A DNA stretch of 63,989 bases, counting the filler, from Sluysia triapertura (taxonomy: Eukaryota), in assembly GCA_046118255.1 (NCBI GenBank). It is 5 parts of 5 records of this genome, joined end to end, with 100 filler letters (N's around TTAATTAATTAA, not from the genome) between each part and the next. Parts side by side here need not be neighbours in the genome. Positions count along the whole stretch, not along the records: positions 40,825 to 53,022 come from JBJNIA010129960.1; positions 53,123 to 63,989 come from JBJNIA010192372.1; 3 more parts are not named here. One strand, written 5' to 3'. Of the stretch, positions 51,032 to 63,989 are shown one piece after another. The notes below the pieces were generated by a model, which was given only the letters and a program-made list of their open reading frames with translations, had not been told where the DNA came from and did not search any database. A program made the position numbers and the translations under genes. Every line of letters begins with the position of its first letter. The first letter of the stretch is position 1.

Positions 51032-52513
51032 GTAAAGAACTTGAATCACTACAGAAAATTCTTGTTAGTTACTAATACTATTATATTATCGCATTATTTT
51101 TAGTCTGATATATTAATTATAATTATTTTGATCAATATTAATCGTAATCGTTTATAACATGTTACTTCAATATTTACAAATTATACGATAATAAATACTA
51201 ATTGTGATTCATTTGTCATACAAATTATAATAAATACGATGTTATTTCAGTTCTAGAATATAATAAATATAGCAGTTATTTTTAGTCTGAGTATCATTGT
51301 GATACTAAATTTCAATTTCATACCATTTTTATTTAATCATAATTTTGGATGATTTTAGTCGATGCTTTTAATCTTTATGTCTATTCTGCCCAATCTTAAT
51401 TTAAAATGATTTTTATCGAATATAAAATAATAATAATCATAATCATAATCATCATAATCATAAGTAATTTTATTCAAATGCTAGTAATGCTAATAAATTT
51501 ATTAAATAAAATAAAATTTATTTTATTTATTAGTGCTAATGACATGTGATAATGATAGTCAAAAAAGTGAAACAAGAGTATTTTGGAAGGTACATGAAGG
51601 GATAGAGATATATGATCTTTTATGTAATAACTAGCTGTGAATATGATTTTACATCTGTTGAATATGTATATAATATAAAAGTGTTAAAATGTTATGGCTT
51701 TTGATATTTCGATTTTATAGTTTTTTGCATTTCGTAATTCATCCATTATTTTCTTTGACTTTTTAATAAGAATTCTTTTGGAATTTATTTTTGATTATAC
51801 TGAAATATTTTGGATAATGTTGAAAAATGGAGAATTAGGAGCTAAATTTACAATTTTGTGTACGATATATTTAACCTACGATCATAAATGAGTTATTTAA
51901 TGATAAAATAATGAAATATTGAATCATTGAGGACAATCCAAAAGCATTTGGAATTGAGAATGTATAATTATTATAAAGTATAATTATTATAATTATGTTT
52001 AATTATTATAAGAAATTATAAAGTCAATTTAACACATGTGAATTCTACATTCTTTACAATTTTAGTCCACTATATCGAAACAATTGATAAATTTATGATT
52101 TTGTCCTTATTTAAAATAGTACTTGAAAAATAGATTTTATGGTTTTTTAAAATACAATTGAAAATAAAATTATGATAGTTTTTGCTTAAGGCTTTTGAAA
52201 GGGTCGCTGAAAATTAATGGTTGGTGATACTAACCCGTTAATAAATAATAAATGCAAGAAAATTTATCAAAAACAAAATTAAATAGAAAAGCAATAAGAA
52301 AATTACTACATCAAAGCTCTTACGAGTCTTCAATTGTTTAATCTTAAATTTTATCTAGATTTATTTGACATTTAAAATTGTCTTGAAAAAATGTTAAGTA
52401 TATTTTATGTTATGTCTATTTTAACACGATAAACATCTGACGTGGTCACAGAGAATAATAACGGGTTGTATGAGATCAAAAAATTTAGGAGTTAATTTAA
52501 GTCAAAATCAGAA

Positions 52514-52840
52514 TTATGCCAAGACGCTAGGATTGATGTCATGCAAGATACGGTGAAGTGATGTTCGAGAAATGTTCGGCTTATTCGATGTCTGGAGCAT
52601 AGATTTTTTAGGAGAATGAACAAATGCAGCTACCATTATATCCCTGTTTTCAGGTAAGCCGACTGTTTTTGGACGACCTACTTTAGAAGAATTTGAAATA
52701 CTTCCAATTACTTCATATTTGGATACAAGATTTAACATTGTCGACTTTCCACCTTTCTTCAACATGCTTGTTGCTAGCCCTTGCATAGTAATTCTTAATA
52801 ATGAAGATACGTTCGTTTAAATTTAAAGTCCTTCGCTGCA
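52514..52840 (-). mobile_element. Tc1/mariner-superfamily transposase N-terminus (DUF4817-like HTH), frameshifted
   Basis: LNERIFIIKNYY..., STMLNLVSKYEVIGSI..GRPKTV.., SPKKS..NISRTSLHRILH. Confidence 0.8.
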
Positions 52841-53022
52841 TTTTTAAGAATGATGGTCCAGATGCACACGCTGAACAAAAGTCAAACAATGACGTCAGAA
52901 CAAAATCAACAAAAGTCATTCCAAATACTACTATTCGCAGAAGGAAATAAATAGTAGCAAAGAAAACATAAAATGACGTAAAAGAAGAAATTACATTTGT
53001 TGTTTTTGATATCTAATTTTTA

Positions 53023-53122
53023 NNNNNNNNNNNNNNNNNNNNNNNNNNNNNNNNNNNNNNNNNNNNTTAATTAATTAANNNNNNNNNNNNNNNNNNNNNN
53101 NNNNNNNNNNNNNNNNNNNNNN
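53023..53122. other. Artificial contig linker
   Basis: N44-TTAATTAATTAA-N44. Confidence 0.98.
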
Positions 53123-53254
53123 AAATCTGAAATATATTAATGCTTTTAAACTATTTATCTTTACACATTTTGAATCGATTTCTAAGTAATCTAAAGTGTT
53201 AAAAATATTGCGATAATAAAATTACTATAAAAAATGACATTTTATAATTGTTAG

Positions 53255-53794
53255 ACATTCAATTATTTGGCCAGTTTGATGCATGAATCTGTGGATTTTA
53301 AATCATGCGAAGAAAGTGATAGCTTAAGTGAATTTGGAAATCAATCACAAAAGAAAAGTAATAATAGTAAACCATGTTCGGAGTTATATATAACAACTCT
53401 TATACAAACTGTCAATTTAATTGGACCCATAAGTGATGAAACATTTCGTAATCAAGGTTTTATTAATTAATTAATTGTTTTACTTATTTATTTATTATTA
53501 TTGTGTAAAAGTATTCGTTTATTTATAATGTTTTTGGTTTTATTTTAATTTTGCTTATGTTTGACTATATGTTTTAATTATATGTTTTTTAATTATTTTT
53601 ACTCAAAGGACTTAACACTCATTCTACTATAATTTCTTCTGAAGGTTTAGATCAATACTTGTCTCTAATCTCGTTAGACCTAACTTTTCAATACTCAACC
53701 TTATAAGAATTGAAGAACGAATTAAAAGAAAATTTTAATGAATACAGATATAAATATTTTTTTGAGGATCAAAAAAATTATTTTACAATTTATT
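53255..53794 (+). pseudogene. Spliced fragments of an unidentified gene (exons about 53255-53456 and 53609-53794)
   Basis: AG/GT-bounded, phase-compatible coding-like blocks. The second carries an in-frame TAA. Confidence 0.3.
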
Positions 53795-55259
53795 GTAAAT
53801 ATATTTAAATCTTAATTTAAATTTTGTACTTATCGCAAAAAAGAAAATTTATTTTATCAATCAAAATTTTGTTATGAAAATAATGTCGCTTACTACTGGT
53901 TTCTTCCAAATATCAACTTTTATTCAAGCTTTGGCGACCAGAGTTATCATTACTTGAAAACCAAAATTTTGTAGATTTGTATTGAATTATAACTTCGGAT
54001 GGTCAAATCTCTAAGATCGAATGTTATACAATTATTAATATGTGATAACCAAACTTCGATGATCATAAACCGAAATATGTAAATCAAAATTCCAGCTACA
54101 AATTAAAACGAATATTTGGTGTTGAATTAATTATAATTGTTTTGATTATAATTTTGTTATTGTTCGTTTGATTAAAGATTGGACAAATTAAGTTTATCAT
54201 TTTTGTTTTCTTTTTATTTAAAAAATTATCCAAATTTAATTTAAGTAATTCATTATCCTATTTTTCTTTTGATAAATTAACAAAGCAAAGAGCTCTAAAT
54301 TTATTCTTAAATGATTGACATATAGAGCAAACATAAATATTAAAAATTGTTAACTTCTTTATCAAGTTGGGAAAAGTGCTTGCGCTTGGACGTACCATGA
54401 GTCATCTTGATTGGGATTCCTTAAATAAAAAGAATAAAAATCATATGTCAGTTTATCATAAAAATTTAAAATTGCTGTAAATCCTAAATTATCGACATGA
54501 CTATAGAATCCAGTATTATCCATTGATCTCTAAAGACAGGATCAGATTATTCAAACGATTAACATGTTGATCGAAGATGTCATTATTGATGCCAACGTGG
54601 TTTATTTGTGAAATGTTGTGATAGACCGACAAGATAAACTGAATTTACGACATTCCGAATTCATTTGCTTGAAATGGGCCTTGCGCAGTGTGTTTGTGTG
54701 TAAGCAAGGTTCTACTTGAGTTAATAATCCTACATTTAACTTTATCATTTGTGCAATTTCACTTTGCCTGTATTTGACTTCAACTTTATCCATCATATGT
54801 CTTGTGATTGCATAAACTCTGAAAACAATCTCTCTTTAAAAATTACAAATGGCACATGTAAGGAAATCATATCAAAATATCAACATTTAATCACATAAAA
54901 ACATCTCTTACACACACAGAACATTAAATAAACTTCTTGACTCATTCAAAATACAAACCTAATCATGTATATAATTATAAATGTATAATTATAAATCCAA
55001 TCGTATTAAAATATATAATAATTATTAAGATTATTGTTACATAATATAATTATCATGATTATCATATAATAACTTTTATATTAACATCACAACATCATCA
55101 TCGTTGTTTCAAAATATGTAATATTTATGTTATCATTATCATTATTATTCCTTTTATTTTTATAATTCATCTTTTCCTTCTTTTGTTTGTCTGAAATTAT
55201 ATATAATTATGTATGTATGAATCTGCTCAATTTACTTCCTCACTAAATTTGACATTTTT

Positions 55260-55470
55260 GGCGCAATTTTATCAAATTGTCAAAGAACAAGAGTTGAACA
55301 TGTATGTAGAAGATTAAAATTAACATCATTAGTTTACTTATGGCAACGAGATCAGAACGAATTATTAGATATGGTGGTTAAATGTGGCATAAATGCAATA
55401 ACGCCTAAAATATTAAACAATTATCTAAAAAGTATGGATTAAATCCTTATAGTGAAAGAGGTTGAATAAA
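55260..55470 (+). pseudogene. DPH6: Diphthine-ammonia ligase fragment
   Basis: GAILSNCQRTRVEHVCRRLKLTSLVYLWQRDQNELL matches GAILSDYQRIRVENVCKRLNLQPLAYLWQRNQEDLL. After a deletion and frameshift, LSKKYGLNPYSERG resembles LSKKYGVHVCGEGG. Confidence 0.85.
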
Positions 55471-55732
55471 TGACACAGAACTTTTGGCCAAAGTTAGAAA
55501 GAGATCCTTCAAAATATTTTACAATGATCAAATAAAAGAAGCACAACTGATCATTGACGAATCAAGATGTTATCAGAATTATTGTTCAAAATATATATCG
55601 AAAGAACTTTCTGAAATAATTTGCCGGCTTCTTATTCGACAACCACAAATTCGGCTTCAGTCATTAAGAGTTTGAATTGCATGACTATAATATAATCAGT
55701 ATAGCAAAATAGGTTAAGTATTGAAAGTGAAT

Positions 55733-56266
55733 ATGAATTTGTGTAAAGCGTCAATTAATTTGTTAAAATTGGAAGTTCTTCTCGTGCTATTCATGTTATA
55801 AATACAGATAATAGCTCTACTGATGTTGTTAAAAGAGAACCACACTCTCCTTTTCGAACAAATAATAAATTTGATTTTGCTTTAGCTAGATTGTATGCTT
55901 TAATAAACTACACTAAAAAGTCTTCAATTTGGCCTATAGCTTTTGGATTAGCCTGTTGTGCTGTAGAAATGATATATATCGATTTTGTATACTTTTTTGG
56001 GCTAGTCCACGGCAAGTAGATGTTATAATTGTTGTAGGTACATTAACTAATAAAATGGCTACTGTGTTACGTAAAAATTACGATCAAATTGTGGTGAATA
56101 TTATCATTATTCATGCATTGTTGTTCGTGGGTGAGATCGTGTAATTCAAGTAGATATTTATGTGCCATGATGCCAACCTAGTGTTAAAGCATTACTTTAT
56201 GGATTCCTTCAATTACAGAAGAAAATGAAACGAGTTGATGCTATCCAGAAGTGGTACAGAAAATAG
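55733..56266 (+). pseudogene. NDUFS7: Complex I PSST subunit pseudogene
   Basis: [17 protein letters not shown]; [20 protein letters not shown]; [11 protein letters not shown]; VDIYVP*CQP..ALLYGFLQLQKKMKR..WYRK*. Two internal deletions, frameshifts and a stop. No introns. Confidence 0.93.
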
Positions 56267-58429
56267 AAAATATTTTTGATATGTTGTATAAATGATTTTC
56301 ACAAATAGCTTTAGTTTCAACTCTATTTTACGGTTTTAAAAATTATTTATATTTGCCTTGAAGCCTACGCTTTTATTTGCGTTTGTTAAACAAACATTTT
56401 AAAACATCTATGACAAAGCTATTTTACCAGAAAGTAGAACAAACTGTAATATTGTGCTTATATAAATTATTTTACCGTTATTTGCTTAGTTATTCGACTG
56501 CAATTCAATTTTTGTTAATATCATTTTGTTACCGGTTAAATGTCGGAATTGAAATTACCTTATCCAATACAATTATAAACATATTTTAAACTGGTATCAC
56601 GTTTTAACTTCTGCACTATTATTTAACAATCAAAAGAAAAACAATAAAAGTCTTATTGATAAGACTGTAAATGATAATAAAGTAGAAATATCTGAAAAAT
56701 TAAGCATTCATAAAAATAAATTGCAAATAAAAACTGACTATTGGAGAGGCAAGAATAAAATATCAGTAGTGTACTAAATACCTTGTTGGTAACTGCAGAA
56801 CCTGAAAATACAAATTATAAAATAATAATAAAAATAATTAATATTAAAAATAAGAAACCTGAAAAATAATCAATAAATATTAAATCATGAAATTTGTATT
56901 ATAAAAAAATTGTAAATACTATCTTAATGTTCTATTTATCTATTTAATTTTGTTATCGAGCAGTTGCGATTCAGGCTAGATACTAATATTTGTAATAATG
57001 GCTATGAAATAAGTGGCTATTTGATGTATTGAACCAATGAGACCCACGATTCGAGTAAGGAAATGAATCGGAAAACAGTATTCATTGACCCATTCGATTT
57101 ATTTATTTTTCCAATTTTCGGAAATATTACTAATGAAAATTTTATTGTCATTGGTGAAACTGAAAAATCAGCAGTTTTATTCGATCTAAGTAGCACAATA
57201 ATTATGAATGGTAGCATCTCACGTTATTAATTTGGTAACGTATATATTTTCGTAATTTTTATCATTGTTAATATAAAATTTAACTCGTTTATTTATTTTT
57301 AAAATTGTGGATCATTAAGCCTACTTTGTTAATTGTTATTTATTTATTTAAATTATTGTTCAATTGTTTTATATCAGTTCAAATTTTTAATATATTTAAT
57401 AAAGTTAAAACAATAAAAAAGAAAAAGCTCTTTCCACAAAAGCATCTAAAAAAAGTTTTTAATAAAGTGAGCTGAGTTAAAATATCACTCTGTACCATAT
57501 CCAATCAGTAGTACGTTTAAATAAAGTATATGATAATCGAGATCCACATAACGGTTTAGAATGCACTATTTCAATTTTTTACTGAAGTTAATTAATTTAC
57601 ATCTACATGCAGCCAAACATATGGGTTGAGATAAGCTTTACTCAAATAATAATTAGCGAAGTATTAAAAACATCAAAAATTTGTAATTTATTGAAAATCA
57701 TTTCACATAAGTTTGTTTAATGAGTTATTTGAATGAAATAATAGAAGTATCAAAATATTATTAATGATCTACTTTGGGATTTAAATGCAGTGTGTTGAGT
57801 TTATTAGCACATTAATGTTGTTCTTTAGTGGAACATGTTATTCCAAATCTGAATTATTTAAATGTGTGTATCAGAAACACATGATGTCATAAATCATTCT
57901 AATTGTGATAATAATGACCATTTTAGTGAATTTTAGGTAATTTATTATTACTATAAATTTTATTGTAAAATTTATTGTCTTATAATATTTGGTTAGATCG
58001 TCACTCCACTAGTATGCGATTTGTACAAACAGTAAACATTGGCGTAAAGGTAATAAAGTTAATAAAAATTAAAAAGCTTTTGTAAAGTAAGTTTAAATTT
58101 TAATAATAATTTTAATTTCTTATTGGATTAAGAAATTATAATTCATGATGAGAAAATTCTAATAAAAGCTTTGTTAAACAATTTTTGTATTGCTCTTACT
58201 AATTATGCATTATATTTTATATGTAAAGTATTTAAGTTCTATTTAACGCATTCCTCTTGTGACGGTTCAGCCATTTACTACCATTATATACACACAAAAG
58301 CTTCATCTTAAATACATACTACAACCTATTTCACATTGAGAACACCAAATTCATCACCAAACATTTACTTTTGAAGTGATATATTTATGAAGATCCTAAA
58401 AGACAGAAATACCTATGAGAAATTATTTT

Positions 58430-58830
58430 ATAATCGTTAAAAAGACCGACATGGCTTTTATGAATTATAGAAGGAATCTAATAAAGCTTTATTATTAGAT
58501 CGTAAAAAGGCTATAAATTTCTGGTTAAAGAAATGCATTACATTTTACTATTTAAAATACAGCAAAAATGAAGTGTCTTTTTTCGCTACATGATAGACAT
58601 GTAAATAGAGATAATCCTGACGACACGTTCGATGAGGATAAACACATTGATGAGCAAACTAAAGAATAAGAGATTATTTATGGATTTACATAGAAATTGT
58701 CATGTCTAACTGCTCATGGTAGAAACATGAGTCTACAAAATGGTTAAACATGTATTGACTGTAAATAAAACACAAACTTTTATGAATGACATGATTGTAC
58801 GAGTATATTTTACGATTTTATGACTATTGT
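58430..58830 (+). mobile_element. piggyBac transposase C-terminal remnant
   Basis: MAFMNYRRNLIK and a decayed Cys-rich RNCHV..CIDCK..HDCTSIF. Confidence 0.4.
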
Positions 58831-59339
58831 AAGAGTTAAAATAAAAAATGAAAGATTTTTTCATCAAGTATAAAATATCTTAAGGCGTTTTAAGTACTGA
58901 CAAAGACCCATCTCTATCTATATAATTCATATTCTTGTAATTCACCCATGCCTGCAAGACTAATGTTGAAAATCTTTAAATCCTTATGATTTAAGACATC
59001 TGATGCTGCATCTTTTTCCTTAAAATGAAATAAGCGAACTAACAAAACAATTATGATATGACTGAATGAAGCAGGAATGTAGTTTTGGAATGTTCTTAAC
59101 TTTTCGTTTGGCATTATTTTTCCAATGTAAAAGCAATTGCCAATAAAAACAACTTTTCTGATTGAGGTATTTTTTAAAATGTTTTGTAAGTTTCTTGACG
59201 AGTTATCTTTTAAGTAGGAACACAAAATTGGATAGCTTCGCGGAATGTTTGAAGAAAAGCTGTGTTAATGCTTCAGAAAAGTCAGTCAGTCAATAAATAT
59301 TTATTGAAGCTATATAAATAGATGCCGAGTTACTTTTCG

Positions 59340-60060
59340 CAACACGTATGATTTGTATCTGTTATCCTTCAGTTCATATCTTTCATATTTTTATTTTTAT
59401 TTTCGATAACCCTAAAATTAAAGTTCGAGTAATGTGCCTTAAGCACTATAATATAATAATAAAAATTGAAATTTCAAATAAATGTCTTACAATCGGTACG
59501 AAAATTTTGAATTTTTACAATTTTTTAAAATTATCTAGTATTGAAGACATAATATATAGAATGTTGAATAAAGTCACAATTCCTGGCGAATATTCAATGC
59601 CACTTATTACTAAGATTTGCTGGTTGCACTATCTTTTCATTCATCGATTTGACAAAGACATACCTTCAAATTTCAGCATATCTGGAAGATAAAATGATGA
59701 CGGAACTAACTACCCTTTTCTGACTATTTGAGTACATGCGTATGCTAGAGAAACTGTTAACTGACACATAATCAGACACAGAAATGTTTATTTTTTCCCG
59801 CATATATAGATGATATCATTATTGCATAAATAGTCTTAGTATCACACTAAAAAATGTGTACTAAATATGCCCAGACTGGCTGACAATAATCTCATAAAAC
59901 CAAAAAATGTCAGTTATATTGTTCTAAAATTGTATTTATTATGCACATCTCTTTTGCCTTACAGAATCAATAAAGAACGTCTCCAACCATAAATAGTGAT
60001 TCAAATGCGGGATTTCCTTCAGTTTGTCAATTATTGTCACAGTTTCTTACCGAAATTCTC
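59340..60060 (-). mobile_element. piggyBac transposase remnant
   Basis: Minus-strand CDTKTIYAINDII..GK and SNKWHxIF-like segments. Confidence 0.45.
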
Positions 60061-61528
60061 ATAGATCATAGCAGTTTTAACTACATCATCATCCGATAAT
60101 AAAATACAAAACACCTCTGTATTAGCTTTAGAGAGGTCAAAGATTCCATGTCAAAATTCGTATTTTGTTATTATAAATTTGATTCCTAATTATCCACCAT
60201 TGATTAATTTTTCATTAAATGTTCTATCAAATTTATTTATCTTAATTTCGCTTCCCTTTTCTACAAAAATGCTTAACTGGTTTATAAAATCGATTACTGT
60301 TTCTTCAGCTAATCTTCGATTCTTTAAACGGAGAACTAAACTAATCATTGAAAACATTAATGAAGAACAATTATTAATATGTAGTAGCCATTATTTTAAT
60401 TAGATATTTAATTTAATTTTAAGTACACGAATTTATAAAAAACTGCAAAGTGTGCTGGAAATTGAATTTTTAACACAACCCCGCCTACTTAGCCATTTTT
60501 ATAAACAATCTTACTGTGCATAATACGTTTTTGTATATGATATTTGTCATTTGAATTAAATTCTATAAATGTTATGTATTCTATAAATTCTATAAATGTA
60601 ACATTTTTCTGTTTTGACATATCTGACATTCGTACACAAAATGTGAATTCAGATGTAGCACTTACTAATCTAATAATGAAATAATTTGCTTGGGTCAGAT
60701 TAGTTTATAATACTTTGCTTAATATCTAATTACATGATCATTACAAGGACTCAAATAAGAATCTAAATTTCACTAACATCAAATTATCTTATGTAATTAT
60801 TTTATCATGATTTACTTCTGTTTTCTCAAAATAACAAGTTACATAGTATTTTCTACTGATATTATTCTTCAAGTAATACATTCTTTATTTCTATTCCACA
60901 ACGATTTGTATATTATTAATCTCTATTTATAATCTATTATATAATCAATATATAATCATAATATAATTAATTTCAACTCTATAATAATTAATATTTGTTT
61001 GGTCATATTGAATGGTTTACATTTAGTAGTTTTGTACTGGTTTGTATTCGTCTATTTTTGTTTATTTTAGTATTTTCATTTCCATTTTATTGTTCTTACA
61101 GAATTTCTGTTTAATCCGTAATATTATGTACTTCATAATTAAAAATGGCAAGTTCCATTTAGTGTATCTTATATTCTACTTTTGTTTTATTGTTACATCT
61201 CAAATTAAGTATATTTTTGAAGTATTTATTTCTTCATTTGAGAACTCCTAAGTTGCTTATTCTAAAGCTAGTACATCATTAAGATATTATAATTTATATT
61301 TATTTTAATTTTTCTCACAATTTCCTGGAAAATAAACGTGATGGAAGATAAAACTGAAACTAGTTCTGTTAAGTTAAAAGATATACATATAACAACATAT
61401 TTTTATATTTATCATTTATTCATATTTTTCTTTTAATTATTAATAATAATGTTTAAAATTTGAACAATTAAATAAACGTAATTGTTTTAAGTTATTATAG
61501 AATAAAATTAAAAATGGGAAAAAGATAA

Positions 61529-62165
61529 ATGATATCTATTTTCGGCATTATTTTCAAAGTATATAATTAGAATGATATTTAAAAATATTAAATATATTAA
61601 AGGAATTAAATTAATGAATTCATAGTAATACTATGTAGTTTATTATATTAGTAGTTCTATTAAAATTAGTAGATGCAGAAGATTGTCCGAGTCCGTATAC
61701 TCTATTGAATAATGTGTGCTATCTGATAATTAATAAAACAGTTCAATATTGTGACGCTGAAAGACTTTGTGCTGAAAATAAAGGTTCTTTGGTATGTCCA
61801 GATCAATTCAAGAAACTCAACTTTAATGCGTTCTACTGGAGCGGTGTAAATGATTTAATGTTTGAAAGATTTAGTAATGGATCTAACTGGATGTGTGTGA
61901 ATGGTTCAGTTGTAAACACACAATATTATTGGCATTATAATGATCCTAATAATATGAATAATGAAGAGCATTGCGCATCTGTTAAATATACAAAAATGTT
62001 TGATACATCTTGCGATTTTAAACTTAAACCTTTATGTTACTATGTAGGATCTGAACCTGATTTTCTAAAACTTGTTCGAAGTTCTATTATTGATAATTAT
62101 GGAGGAACTTATGACAACTGCTTCGAAGAATATTCGACAATTTCTGGTGCCGATTGTGCAAGAAA
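61529..62165 (+). CDS. Secreted C-type lectin, probably followed by a PAN/apple domain. Exon 1 61529-61558, exon 2 61639 to about 62165; 3' exons unresolved
   Basis: A GT-AG intron at 61559-61638 joins MISIFGIIFK to FIILVVLLKLVDA-EDCPSPY (signal peptide). CTLD: CY..DAERLC..YWSGVND..WHYNDPNN..EHC..DTSCDFKLKPLC. Confidence 0.85.
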
Positions 62166-63905
62166 GTTTGATTATAGTATTCACAACTAATTTTATCATT
62201 TTAAAATATTATAGAAAATAGAAAAGAGTATAGAAATATTACTAGAACAAAATAATCAAAAATAATTAATTAAATTGTATGATATCACTTTTATTATTTT
62301 TACTTTATAAAACTGCATATCCATGTTTGTAATTGTATTCTAATTTTATTATAATGCATGTTTTAAAGATAGTAAGGTATATGAAAAAATTACAATAACT
62401 GTTGTAGTAAAGTTAGTCTTAAAATCCAAATCAAGGATAAAATGAAGATGAGTGACAAGCTTGTCGTGTCCCTGTTCGAGATGAAATGGAAATGAATAAT
62501 TACAGGGATAAATTGAGAAAATGTCTGTACCACATAGTTTAGTAGTATAGATGATGAATAATACAAAGATGTAGTCATAATGGATAGTACTATTTTTAAT
62601 ATATATTTTTCTTAACGTTAAATATTTTTGTTTCTTTTTCAATATTTTCAAAGTACACACAATTAAATTTACATACAGTAGCAACACAGTTATTAAACTT
62701 TGTCTATAAATATCCAGTAAATCAAGAATTCATCAATCTCTATAGTGACATTTTAAAATCAAAATTAAGTGAACATATCAATTCCAATCCCAAGAATTAT
62801 ATCACATTTGAATAATAAAATTTCAATCAAAATGAAAAATAGTTTTGAAATGTGATAAGGAAAATATTTAATTTATAATAATTATTATTCTAGGTTTTTC
62901 TTTATTCTTTAAGCAAAATAATTAGCAGCAAGTGTCCACCTATAATATACCTGTAGTCTACCTAATGGACATACCTATAGGAAATAAAATAAGAGTGTTG
63001 TGAGGGTTTGAATACGTTTATTATCTCTGCTTATTCCAGAAATAATTTGATCCTATTAATTATTTAAATAACCTTCTCAGATTTTTTAAAACAAAATAAA
63101 CGACACCCAAATATATTATATTAACGTAAAAAATAACAAATTATTAATATTAAACACAAAATTGCGTATAAAAGTATAAATATATGAAAATGTAGTTAAA
63201 AATATAAAAAGTGTATAAGACAAATTATTAATATATTTAGGTTAATCTTAATAAAATGACATTTTAATTGTGTTAAGTTTAGCTATAAACTAAACGTGCA
63301 ATGAATAAATTTAAATGGATTTTGAGTCTTTCAAAAACGACTACAACTTGCAATTAAATCTGACTACTTTACGAATTTCCACAATAATCTTAATTCTTTC
63401 CACTTAAACCCTTTGATGCTATTCTCACCTAAATCGTTTTGATACTATTGCTAGATTTCTAAATAAGATTTAAATTATCGTATTTGCTAAATTATGGTTG
63501 CGTAAACTTCATAATTTTATTATTTGTATTCTATAGTTAGATTTTAATCTATCATAAAAAATTAATTTGATATTTCAATTTATTACTTCGATTCGATATG
63601 ATAATCAATATTTGATTGATTTATAATTATTAAAGCCCTTAATATAAATTATTAAAGTTTTTATAAATATTAATTTTTATTTATTGATGTTCATTAAATT
63701 ATAACTTTTCCTTTTTATTATAATTTTACAATTTAATTAATATTCAATATTTTTTATTTACAGAATTAATTATAATACAATTTAATTTCTGACAATTAAT
63801 TTATATGGTTCAATGAAATTAATAATAAAAAGCCTAAGCAATACATCATTCGTAATAGTATTTCTTAATTAGAAATATATTTGCCTTAGTTTTAAATACA
63901 TTGAA

Positions 63906-63948
<43 letters not shown>

Positions 63949-63989
63949 TTATTATTATTATTTTTATTTTTATTATTATTATTTTTATT
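63906..63989. repeat. (ATT)n microsatellite
   Basis: Direct reading. Confidence 0.95.

Noticed and set aside
54300-54820. Minus-strand coding-like segment
   Set aside because: Stops in all frames and no recognisable family.
61633-61638. ATG-TAG suggesting stop readthrough or a pseudogene in the lectin
   Set aside because: The TAG is better explained as the acceptor of intron 61559-61638.

Overview
Very AT-rich eukaryotic (animal) genomic DNA, not prokaryotic. The window joins five separate contigs (1-10784, 10885-22016, 22117-40724, 40825-53022, 53123-63989) through artificial 100-bp N44-TTAATTAATTAA-N44 linkers, so adjacency across linkers means nothing. Host genes I recognise by eye: three spliced exons of neurofibromin (NF1), UPF3 with 34-36 nt introns, a TIS11-like CCCH finger, an intronless RING-HC protein and a secreted C-type lectin. 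Pseudogene fragments of DPH6 and NDUFS7 are also present. The rest is mostly decayed mobile DNA (Ty3/Gypsy, mariner, Tc1, hAT, piggyBac). The most unusual item is a decayed Ty3/Gypsy element at 627-7170. Its order appears to be PBS, acidic region, ubiquitin-like domain, chuvirus-like class III fusion glycoprotein, then PR-RT-RH-IN. The envelope is upstream of and apparently fused to pol, and no gag is recognisable. A related fragment at 39060-40504 has a protease followed by an unknown domain instead of RT. Other leads: an LTR with repeated co-varying hairpins, a possible bunyavirus L-like endogenous element, and a three-gene pseudogene patchwork. All homology calls come from remembered motifs, not database searches.
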